Origin: Promethearchaeum syntrophicum
Lineage (GTDB): Archaea > Asgardarchaeota > Lokiarchaeia > Sigyniarchaeales > Promethearchaeaceae
NCBI RefSeq assembly: GCF_008000775.2
Contig: NZ_CP042905.2
Coordinates: 1,980,001 to 2,012,000 of the forward strand
Direction: 5' to 3'
DNA length: 32,000 bases
Shown: positions 7,601 through 14,610 of the stretch, one piece after another
Numbering within the stretch: the first letter of the stretch is position 1
Layout: every line of letters begins with the position of its first letter
Program-made: the position numbers and the translations under genes
The notes under the pieces: generated by a model
Databases searched by the model: none
Told to the model about the DNA's origin: nothing
The model's input: the letters and a program-made list of their open reading frames with translations, nothing else

Positions 7601-10505
7601 TTACATAAGGTATGTTATACGAATCCATATAAGCAGAAAAAATGCTTGTATTTGTTGCCCCGTAAGTAATATTTAAATTAATAGGATATCCAGTCAAGTT
7701 TATCCATGAATTCAACCTTTGATAATCGAAGAACGGTTTTCTTATCATTATATACACTTCATAATCATCAACAGGGACGGAACGCGTTTTAAAGCTAAGA
7801 GTATAATTACCTTCTGCATTTAAAGAGGGGTCTTCATAAACTCTATCAATTAAATATACATAAGGTGGCCAATCAGTCCCCCATGTATTATTTGTTGCAT
7901 TATTATAAATTCTAACATAATTTTCAGCAAAAGATAAAGGTGTGCCATCAGATTGTGAAAAACTAAAATAAAATTCACCCAGATCTCCCGAATTAATTAT
8001 ACCTGGTTCGCTTTTTAATGTAGCAATAGAAGTCCGCCACATTTCAAAATATGTCGTTCTAACACCAATTCGTAATGTTTGAGATGTGCTAGCGTTTGTA
8101 TCATTCCACATTCCAATTATTTGATAATTACCAACACCCATTGAGTCATTTACTATCCATGGGGTAGTTAAATTATCCGATTCGGATGGAAAATATTTTG
8201 GAAAATTATTTAACCATGCACCTGAAGCATTTCTAATACTTATATTATAATGTCCTTCATCGGGGCTAGTTTGGTTTGCGATGATGTTTGTGTTATTAAG
8301 ATTATAGAATCTAGGGGATATTCCAGACAGATGTTCAATTTTCAAATTACTTAAATAATTTGGAGAGGTAAAAGATGCTATCCAAGTTCCATTAATATAT
8401 GATCCTTCATCTTGGGGGCTCTCTGCCGTTGCATCAGCAATAGTAAGATTTTGATAATGTCCAGAATTTGCTGTTCCGTTTGTACGGATCCCTTGAGCAT
8501 AATTTGGATTACGCCTTCCTAATGGGTCCCATCCACCAGTCCAATTCCAATCTACTGAATTTTTTCCTAAATTATCCCAAGCTGGAAGATCATTTATTGT
8601 AAAATTATATCCAATGGGATTATAATTTTCTAGTAAAAAAATATCAATTAACAATTGATCAAAGGTAATTGAATTGTTGAAGGTTACATTCCATTGAATT
8701 CTGTAGATAGGCTCGTCATCAATATCATTAACAAAGTAACTTGCTTCTGCCTTATTCTCATTCAATTTGTTTATATACATTAAACTCTCAAATTCTAGTG
8801 TTGATCCGTTATAATCTGGATTGGTAACTTGAAATGCTAATATAAACTCATTTTTAATATCATCATACGGATCTTTTGTAGTTATTTCAAATTCCGTTTG
8901 AGAATTCCAATCGGTTCCATTATATCGCTGAAATCCTGCGGTTGCTAAATTATCCACTTTATAAATGGGTTTTAATGAAATATTGTCAAACATTACAAGA
9001 AAATCATCTTTATAAGTTTTAAATGGGTTTAAATTAATTATCCCAATTGCAGAACTAATCGTATCGTTTGAATTTAGAATATTTTTAAAACGGGAAGTCA
9101 AATTATATTGGAAGTTAACTGTTTGTTCCACAGATCCAGATGTAAAATCATCATTTAACCAACTTAGGGGGTAGAAAATTTCTTCACTTGTCCCTGAGTC
9201 TCCAAGAAATGCAAATAACAACCAATAATTCAAATCCGTGGATGTTTTGAAATCTTTTACAGAACATTCAAAACTTAATTCTCCGATTTTATACTGATCT
9301 TCTTCAACTGCCCTGATAGCTATTAAATCAAAAATAACCCTAACCTCGTCATCAGTTTCGTCAATATTTTCCATCCAAATCCCAAAATTTAGGGAATGAT
9401 CAACCAAATTTGAATTTATTATATCAGTTATATCAAAAATCCGATATATAAAATCATGTGTTCCAATTTTAGAAGTTTCATTATCATATTCAATAGTTGT
9501 GGCTGAGGCATTACTGTTTGGGACTCCATTGGTATCTACTCTACCATCAACATAGTTTCCATCAACCTGACAAATCACTGCGAAATTATCACCTTCTTCA
9601 TATCCAAGGTTTTCTACTCTCCACCCCACAATTAACTCTACTTTTTTTGGTAAAAATGAAGTTTCCCACCCAAAATTTGTTTCCCATGCAATAGAGGGAT
9701 TTCCTAAAGTGTATTGGCTAGTTCCTGCTTTAATATAAGCACCTAAATTACCAACATTCCATTGAAGATCAACAGTAGCGGTCTCGGTTACACCTCCATA
9801 AGGGTTGTCGTAATTTTTTCCCCATTCCGGATCTTCATTGAATTCTTCCCATATTGGATGTTGTGTATCCCCATTATAGATAAAGTCGGTTTCCCATATA
9901 GAATGATCATCGCTAGGTTTTGATATTTCTTGAGTCCATTCTGAATATGCTTGATAGGGAACTAGAGGATTTTCAGGTTCCCCAATACCCTCAATAACTA
10001 ATTTTTCATTGGAGATATAATTGTTAAAACCAAAACTAGAATCACTATCTTTTGGATAATTTGTAACTGCAGTCCATGGGTCTCCGATAGTAATATTGTT
10101 ATCATTTAATAATTCATGAGATTTATATAAGGCTGAGATATTAAGATGCTCTTGTTCAAAAATCCATCCTTCTGGAACTTCAAGAGTCATATTTTCATTA
10201 TCAATATCTAGAATTGATTTTTGACCATGTTGCTGATCAATGAATGGTGCTTGACTAATAATCGATTCTGAAACATTAAATTGAGAAACATTATTACCAA
10301 TAATTGTAATTGGTTCAATAATTGGCGCAATTTCTTCCTGTGTTTGTGGTGAATATGTCAAATCTTGTTCCTCTGAAACCAAATCATTTTCGGAAATATT
10401 CTGAATATTTCCCATATTTGTATAAATGTTCAATGGCAAGAAACAAAATAGAAACATGAAAACGTTTAATATTTTCATGAATTGCTTTATCTTTTTATTT
10501 TTCAT
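4644..10505 (-). CDS. Giant (1953 aa) type-I single-pass surface protein: signal peptide, a roughly 1570-aa glycoprotein-like ectodomain, one TM helix and a 328-aa cytoplasmic tail
   Basis: An uninterrupted 5.9-kb ORF. The N-terminal signal peptide is MKNKKIKQFMKILNVFMFLFCFLPL. I hand-count about 60 N-x-S/T sequons. Beta-sandwich-like modules recur with a T(D/N)xxG signature (TTDSNGIATFSQ, AVDQNGSLSYY, VTNQEGIAEKTIQF). The TM helix ILIIDNIQAILIGIGVVVILSAGIY is followed by RGYVVPKRNRQRK. Confidence 0.85.
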   Translation of the reverse strand: MKNKKIKQFMKILNVFMFLFCFLPLNIYTNMGNIQNISENDLVSEEQDLTYSPQTQEEIAPIIEPITIIGNNVSQFNVSESIISQAPFIDQQHGQKSILDIDNENMTLEVPEGWIFEQEHLNISALYKSHELLNDNNITIGDPWTAVTNYPKDSDSSFGFNNYISNEKLVIEGIGEPENPLVPYQAYSEWTQEISKPSDDHSIWETDFIYNGDTQHPIWEEFNEDPEWGKNYDNPYGGVTETATVDLQWNVGNLGAYIKAGTSQYTLGNPSIAWETNFGWETSFLPKKVELIVGWRVENLGYEEGDNFAVICQVDGNYVDGRVDTNGVPNSNASATTIEYDNETSKIGTHDFIYRIFDITDIINSNLVDHSLNFGIWMENIDETDDEVRVIFDLIAIRAVEEDQYKIGELSFECSVKDFKTSTDLNYWLLFAFLGDSGTSEEIFYPLSWLNDDFTSGSVEQTVNFQYNLTSRFKNILNSNDTISSAIGIINLNPFKTYKDDFLVMFDNISLKPIYKVDNLATAGFQRYNGTDWNSQTEFEITTKDPYDDIKNEFILAFQVTNPDYNGSTLEFESLMYINKLNENKAEASYFVNDIDDEPIYRIQWNVTFNNSITFDQLLIDIFLLENYNPIGYNFTINDLPAWDNLGKNSVDWNWTGGWDPLGRRNPNYAQGIRTNGTANSGHYQNLTIADATAESPQDEGSYINGTWIASFTSPNYLSNLKIEHLSGISPRFYNLNNTNIIANQTSPDEGHYNISIRNASGAWLNNFPKYFPSESDNLTTPWIVNDSMGVGNYQIIGMWNDTNASTSQTLRIGVRTTYFEMWRTSIATLKSEPGIINSGDLGEFYFSFSQSDGTPLSFAENYVRIYNNATNNTWGTDWPPYVYLIDRVYEDPSLNAEGNYTLSFKTRSVPVDDYEVYIMIRKPFFDYQRLNSWINLTGYPINLNITYGATNTSIFSAYMDSYNIPYVNDASRSIIQVNITNHTNQFPLENAIISGKFNGSENVFYGIEVYRETQNIVDKGLYNITIDATGLNATDSGQYNYTLTISASVDGYDSTYIEISTEILPILTDIDATSISVELYEGGNFEFYANYRNVLDQSNPLPLNDANLTWALIYASNSSIALSGNFSFIFSGVYHTEIVLETETEYVLPGIYDFMVNASKYNCANASWIQIGLEIFSKNSTKIYLNVPENIRIGSSLDIQFNLMMINGSSIPDSDLFITITYASTDIFNIVETTDSNGIATFSQIVPYNYADDSIEINVTYYGNSTVKGSLNSTIKTILGKIPVSLSLIYTSEERVGYDITIDGTINITDVTQYSGIYLTLISWYDGNFLNPTFIQQIAVDQNGSLSYYLANIADGHDNITFFMDYAGTSTVEYASVEKTFDVLPKWDVVLNVTELADTLTMGQEIQLNISANFVSSSTNETFYGLPFEVIYDYDSDNEVYTGFFDENASILVPYTISLDSGTWLNITIIFTGTDKIAGDVIYMNFTILPQMVTHLIMLSNNLQQKFAGEFAFSVRLTDDFNVSIEGKNILFIVKDSDSIIQSQYTAVTNQEGIAEKTIQFDDTGEFTVEIVFVTSGIFAGVSSSDTDIDYEVRVVNYGILIIDNIQAILIGIGVVVILSAGIYRGYVVPKRNRQRKALLDIHRRFGDIENMQYVLIMHKETSTSIFSQTFTELPIDSTLISGFLSAISTFGKEIGNRVEDSQQNAFAAIGDKKTGLEELSYQQFKIVVIEGYYVRTAVLLLKSASPTLRSKIRQFNAEFETKYLSTVEHFSGQIPSPEPILELIEKTLFAYLLYPHNVIPSKAKSHLSNVKKKSTTALVIKEAESSFNNAFRLREMIVRMAGYGRKEVDTFNVIEKLRQEQVLFAVNPRTQYLIEQFKPMIDPLTHSERLVLKELYKSGPLSEKHLKKNTKIAIVVPIITSLLSKELINEGNSLTEMGEVIATLLNLMPDI
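4647..4850 (-). other. C-terminal winged helix-turn-helix-like module of the giant protein
   Basis: LTHSERLVLKELYKSGPLSEKHLKKNTKIAIVVPIITSLLSKELINEG follows the MarR/ArsR-type wHTH pattern LTxxExxVLxxLxxxGPLSxxxL. An earlier stretch, FRLREMIVRMAGYGRKEVDTFNVIEKLRQEQVLFAVNP, may be a second winged helix. Confidence 0.45.
5190..5549 (-). other. Longin/roadblock-like alpha-beta sandwich domain in the cytoplasmic tail of the giant protein
   Basis: The pattern is beta-beta-alpha-beta-beta-alpha: YVLIMHKETS, SIFSQTF, STLISGFLSAISTFGKEIG, LSYQQFKIVVIEG, YVRTAVLLLK, PTLRSKIRQFNAEFETKY. It aligns by eye with the standalone ORF at 26873-27292. Confidence 0.5.
5631..5705 (-). other. Single transmembrane helix of the giant protein
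   Basis: A 25-residue hydrophobic stretch (residues about 1601-1625) with a cluster of Arg/Lys on its C-terminal side, which by the positive-inside rule places the tail in the cytoplasm. I checked the codon mapping against the sequence: AGA for Arg1626 is tct at 5628-5630. Confidence 0.7.
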
Positions 10506-10705
10506 AATGGATTAATCCCCTATATCTATATCAAGATGATTCAAACTACCCTCGTAAATTAAATAGCGAATCACTTTGTAATAATAAATTTCTATATTTC
10601 TTATTGAGAATTTAGTTCAATTAAATTTATACCTTAACGAAAAAAAAAGGAATACAAAATTAGAGTAAAGAAAAATTGAAAAACTGCAAAAAATTCATTT
10701 CCATA

Positions 10706-11395
10706 ATGGAGAATTACAAGAAAGAATTCATAAGTTTCATGATTGAATCTGGTGTGTTATTATTTGGTGATTTTATAACAAAAAGTGGACGTGAAACACC
10801 CTATTTTATCAATACTGGAAATTATAATACAGGAAACCAAATGAAGAAGCTTGGAAAGTTTTATGCTGCAGCAATAGATGAGAATTTCAGTGCTGAAGAA
10901 GTACAAGTTTTATTTGGTCCCGCATATAAAGGTATCCCTTTAACCATAACAACATCTATAGCATTAGGTAATGAATCCAATAGAGATATCTCTTTTTGTT
11001 TTAATCGAAAAGAATCAAAAGATCATGGGGAGAGAGGGAATTTTATTGGAAAGAAATTGGAAAACGGAGATAAAATAATTATTGTAGAAGATGTTTTAAC
11101 TTCTGGTATTTCAGTACGTGAATCAATTTCAATGCTTAATAAAGCTGCATTTATTCATATCCTTGGATTAGTTGTTTCGGTAGATCGAATGGAAAGAGGC
11201 CGAACTCAAAAAAATGCTTTGAAAGAAATTCGAGATCAATACAATATTAAAACATGCGCTATAGTAACCCTTGATGAAATTATCGAATTTCTTCATAATA
11301 AAGAAATAAATGGTAAAGTATACATTGATGATGAAATGAAAAACAAGATTGATGAATATAGAGCTAAGTACGGTGCAATTGATGAAGAAATCTAA
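10706..11395 (+). CDS. pyrE: Orotate phosphoribosyltransferase
   Basis: Matches the E. coli-type PyrE as I remember it: FGDFITKSGRETPYFINTGNYNTG, LFGPAYKGIPL, FCFNRKESKDHGERGN, IIIVEDVLTSGIS, VDRMERG. The ATG at 10706 (MENYKKEF...) is preferred over the TTG at 10676 listed in the track. Confidence 0.93.
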   Translation: MENYKKEFISFMIESGVLLFGDFITKSGRETPYFINTGNYNTGNQMKKLGKFYAAAIDENFSAEEVQVLFGPAYKGIPLTITTSIALGNESNRDISFCFNRKESKDHGERGNFIGKKLENGDKIIIVEDVLTSGISVRESISMLNKAAFIHILGLVVSVDRMERGRTQKNALKEIRDQYNIKTCAIVTLDEIIEFLHNKEINGKVYIDDEMKNKIDEYRAKYGAIDEEI

Positions 11396-12041
11396 AATAA
11401 ACATTTCAAAGAAACAAAAAAAGGAAGCAATTCTTGCAGTGCTAATGGTCGTTATAGCAGTCGGAGGAACATTTGGGTTTCTAGGAATTTTGAGGTTAAC
11501 TCTAAAAACAGATAATCCTCTGGTTGTTGTTACATCAGAATCGATGGTCCCTACTATAGATGTTGGAGATTTATTGGTTATTCAAGGTAAAGATCCTGCT
11601 GAAATTGAAAATGAGACAATAATTCTTTATGATTCCCGAGGTTTATGGCCTAACCGTTATGTAGAAGAGCCAATTGTACATAGAGTTGTAGACAGATATG
11701 AAAATGAAACTGATGGTAAATGGTACTTTATTACTAAAGGAGACAACAATGACGATACAGATCCTCCAGATGGTGCATTTGGCTCCGAAATAGCCGTTCC
11801 AGAAGAAAGAGTTATCGGAATTGTAAAAACGATTATTCCGAAAATTGGGTTAGTTAAAATATGGATGGATAGTACTCCAGGGATTTCAACAATAATTCTA
11901 GTCGGACTGAGTATTGCTTTATTAATAAGCATTATTTGGGATATAACCCATCCAGAAGAAGATAAAAAAGAAGATAAAGAATTAGAAAATGAAGCAAATA
12001 TTGAATCCGAAGAAAAACCAGAAGTTGACTTAGGAATTTAG
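11382..12041 (+). CDS. Signal peptidase I, archaeal/eukaryotic Sec11-type (S26B), copy 1
   Basis: N-terminal TM anchor, catalytic Ser box SESMVPTIDVGD, the His in EPIVHRV, a GDNNDDTD box and a C-terminal TM helix with an acidic tail. The ATG at 11382 (MKKSKINISKKQKKEA) aligns with the start of copy 2 and overlaps the pyrE stop by 14 nt. Confidence 0.85.
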   Translation: MKKSKINISKKQKKEAILAVLMVVIAVGGTFGFLGILRLTLKTDNPLVVVTSESMVPTIDVGDLLVIQGKDPAEIENETIILYDSRGLWPNRYVEEPIVHRVVDRYENETDGKWYFITKGDNNDDTDPPDGAFGSEIAVPEERVIGIVKTIIPKIGLVKIWMDSTPGISTIILVGLSIALLISIIWDITHPEEDKKEDKELENEANIESEEKPEVDLGI

Positions 12042-12122
12042 TTTTCCATTAGTTCTAAAAAATAGAAAATTTTTTTTTGCTAGTTCTTTTCTTTATATCA
12101 CAAGCATTAAGTTGTGAAAAAG

Positions 12123-12806
12123 ATGAAAAAGCCCAAAAAGACTATAGCAAAGAAACAAAAAAAGGAAGCATTTACTACATTATTGCTGATTGTAATGGCT
12201 ATTGGAGGCACTTTTGCTTTTATCGGTATTCTAAAAGTAAGTTTAAAGACAGAAAACCCTCTGGTTGTAGTAATTTCAGATTCAATGGAACCGACTATAG
12301 ATATTGGAGATATGTTGGTCATTCAAGGAAAAAACCCCGCTGAAATTGAAAATGGAACTATAATTCTTTATGATTCTCGGGATTTATGGCCGAATTTTTA
12401 TGTACCTGAGCCAATTGTACATAGGGTCGTTGAGAGATATTATAATAATTCCGATGAGAAATGGTATTTCATTACACTAGGAGACAATAATGACGATACC
12501 GACCCTCCAGATGGACCATTTGGAGATGAAATTCCAGTTCCGGAAGATAGGGTTATTGGAACAGTGAAATTAATTATTCCAAAAATTGGGAAAATCAAAA
12601 TGATGTTAGATGAAGCTAATGATGAAGTTCCTGGACTAACTACGATAATTCTCTTCGGGTTGAGTATTCTTCTAATTTTAAGTATTATGTGGGATTTAAC
12701 TCATCCAGAAGAGAAGGAAGATAAAAATTTAATAAAGCAGAAAGAATTAGAAGATAAAAAAAATGTTACACCTTTAGAAAGGTCAGAAGTTGATTTGGGA
12801 ATTTAG
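12123..12806 (+). CDS. Signal peptidase I, Sec11-type (S26B), copy 2 (tandem paralog)
   Basis: SDSMEPTIDIGD, EPIVHRV and GDNNDDTD are all retained, with the same TM-catalytic domain-TM-acidic tail layout. The start is ATG 12123 (MKKPKKTIAKKQKKEA); GTG 12114 is possible. Confidence 0.85.
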   Translation: MKKPKKTIAKKQKKEAFTTLLLIVMAIGGTFAFIGILKVSLKTENPLVVVISDSMEPTIDIGDMLVIQGKNPAEIENGTIILYDSRDLWPNFYVPEPIVHRVVERYYNNSDEKWYFITLGDNNDDTDPPDGPFGDEIPVPEDRVIGTVKLIIPKIGKIKMMLDEANDEVPGLTTIILFGLSILLILSIMWDLTHPEEKEDKNLIKQKELEDKKNVTPLERSEVDLGI

Positions 12807-13618
12807 TTTTTTGTTAGATTCATAAAAAATGTTGAAATTTTTTTTGTGATTTCATTTCCTTGAACATCTAAAGTCATGCTATGACCAGAATCATTAAACC
12901 ACGCGATTTCTATAGGTCCCTTAACATTCTCTTTAATTATTTCTGTAACGATTGGGTTAATGCCTGTATCATTCTTTGAATGACAGACCAAAATAGGGCA
13001 TTTTATTTTACTCAGATTTTTTTGCACATTTTTGGCTAATTTTCGCAATTCATTCGCTGATTTAAAACTTTCAAAGGGGTATTCCTCATTGAAAAATTTT
13101 TGATTTCTCTCTTTCTTGCGGAAAATATTCATAAATCCGATAAGAGGACTAAGAAAATTAACTAAGATTGGTAGTTTAATCGCAGGAGCTGTTACTGCAC
13201 AACCATCAACACATCCTTCAGAGGCTGCATTAAGAGCTAATGCTCCTCCCATTGATTGACCATAAATGAAAACTTTTTTATAAATTTTCTTGGCTTTATT
13301 AATTTCGTGACGAACTGCAGAAATCCAGTCTGTATATTTAATTTCAGATAATATTTTTTTAGCGATTTGATTATCTTTGAATCCATGTCCAGGTAATAAA
13401 GGTCCAGCAGAATCTATACCACTTTGAAAAATAGCATCTCCAACAGGTTTTGATTCAAATGTTGTAGCTGTCCATCCGTGAAGGCAAATTACGACTGAAT
13501 TATTTTCAATTCGATTCTTTTCATTTTTTAACCAAAAAGAATTAGAATATTGAAGAAGGGTTTCTTGATTATTCCCAATTTTTCCGTCGAATGCGGACAT
13601 CCAAAATCTATTTTTCAT
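12803..13618 (-). CDS. Alpha/beta hydrolase (carboxylesterase or monoacylglycerol-lipase-like)
   Basis: Nucleophile elbow GQSMGG, an oxyanion-region HGWTAT, a candidate Asp in HSKNDTG and a candidate His in DSGHSM. The 271-aa size is typical. It has a 4-nt convergent overlap with the upstream signal peptidase gene. Confidence 0.75.
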   Translation of the reverse strand: MKNRFWMSAFDGKIGNNQETLLQYSNSFWLKNEKNRIENNSVVICLHGWTATTFESKPVGDAIFQSGIDSAGPLLPGHGFKDNQIAKKILSEIKYTDWISAVRHEINKAKKIYKKVFIYGQSMGGALALNAASEGCVDGCAVTAPAIKLPILVNFLSPLIGFMNIFRKKERNQKFFNEEYPFESFKSANELRKLAKNVQKNLSKIKCPILVCHSKNDTGINPIVTEIIKENVKGPIEIAWFNDSGHSMTLDVQGNEITKKISTFFMNLTKN

Positions 13619-13671
13619 ATTGGATTATAGGTCACCACATTTTTTTAGTTCTTCTTAATTAGAATTTTATA

Positions 13672-14610
13672 ATGGAAAAAAAAAAGGAACGAAAAAATAA
13701 ATATATCCCTAATTTAGCAGAATTTTATTTCAAACCAGATTATGATTGGTCGATTGAAGAAGCTAAAAAATTATTTAGTAGTAAAAAAAATAAAAACTTG
13801 GATAAAATTTTTTATAAAGATTGTGTTGACGGAATGCGAGATCTTCTTCCTGAATCAATAGATTTAATAATTGCTGATCCGCCTTTCGGACTTGATTTCA
13901 CAGGAAAAGAATCACTATACAATAGGAATTCCGAGTATGTAGTTGATGGATATCAAGAGATAAAAATTACAGATTATAAAAAATTTACATCGCGTTGGAT
14001 TCTGGAAATACCACGAATTCTTAAAACTCATGGATCCGCATATATTTTTTCTGGATGGACAAATTTACTTCCTATTTTGCAATCAATTGAAGAATCCGGA
14101 TTAATTTTACGAAATCATCTAATATGGCAGTATAATTTTGCAGTTTTTACGAAAAAAAAATTTGCGAGTAGTCATTATCATATTTTATATGTTGTAAAAG
14201 ATGAAAAAAATGTCTTCTTCAATCGAATTAAGCATTATGAAACGGATACATGGACAATTTCGAGGAAATACAAACCAAATCAAACAAAAAATGGAACTAA
14301 ATTACCCAATGATTTGGTTCGAAAATGTATAAATTATAGCAGTAAACCCGGAGATTTGGTCTTGGATCCTTTTACGGGTAATGCAACAACTCAAATTGCT
14401 TCCAAGGGAGAGTTTCGTCATTATATTGGGTTTGAAATCAATAAAAATGTAAGAGAGACCATAGAGAACAATCTTGATTCAATTAAAGAAGGGGAAAACT
14501 ATAAACCGTATCATGAAAGAATTTCTTCAATTGAAGAGTTGGCTAAAAAATATCCTAAAACGTATGATGTTTATAAAAAAAAAATAATAAAAGACTCTAA
14601 TATTTCTTAA
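13672..14610 (+). CDS. DNA methyltransferase, beta-class N6-adenine/N4-cytosine (N6_N4_Mtase family)
   Basis: The catalytic motif IV, IIADPPFG, lies N-terminal to the AdoMet motif I, LDPFTGNATT, which is the beta-class permutation. The lead-in YKDCVDGMRDLLPESIDLI is typical. Confidence 0.8.
   Translation: MEKKKERKNKYIPNLAEFYFKPDYDWSIEEAKKLFSSKKNKNLDKIFYKDCVDGMRDLLPESIDLIIADPPFGLDFTGKESLYNRNSEYVVDGYQEIKITDYKKFTSRWILEIPRILKTHGSAYIFSGWTNLLPILQSIEESGLILRNHLIWQYNFAVFTKKKFASSHYHILYVVKDEKNVFFNRIKHYETDTWTISRKYKPNQTKNGTKLPNDLVRKCINYSSKPGDLVLDPFTGNATTQIASKGEFRHYIGFEINKNVRETIENNLDSIKEGENYKPYHERISSIEELAKKYPKTYDVYKKKIIKDSNIS

Larger units (their letters stand above)
11382..12806 (+). repeat. Tandem gene duplication (two units of about 0.7 kb) of the signal peptidase gene
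   Basis: Identical nucleotide runs are shared between the copies, for example aaagaaacaaaaaaaggaagca, gctgaaattgaaaatg, ataattctttatgattc and gagccaattgtacatag. The proteins are colinear over their full length. Confidence 0.85.

Noticed and set aside
10509-10518. 10-bp palindrome ggattaatcc four nt upstream of the giant gene start
   Set aside because: It is short, such palindromes are expected by chance many times in 32 kb, and its position, abutting the start codon, suggests no known archaeal signal.
11168-12343. ORFs 11168-11404(-), 11657-11932(-), 12077-12343(+) and 12107-12322(-) overlapping pyrE and the signal peptidase genes
   Set aside because: Each is antisense or out of frame to a gene with strong family motifs. 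The 12077 ORF is simply another frame of signal peptidase copy 2.
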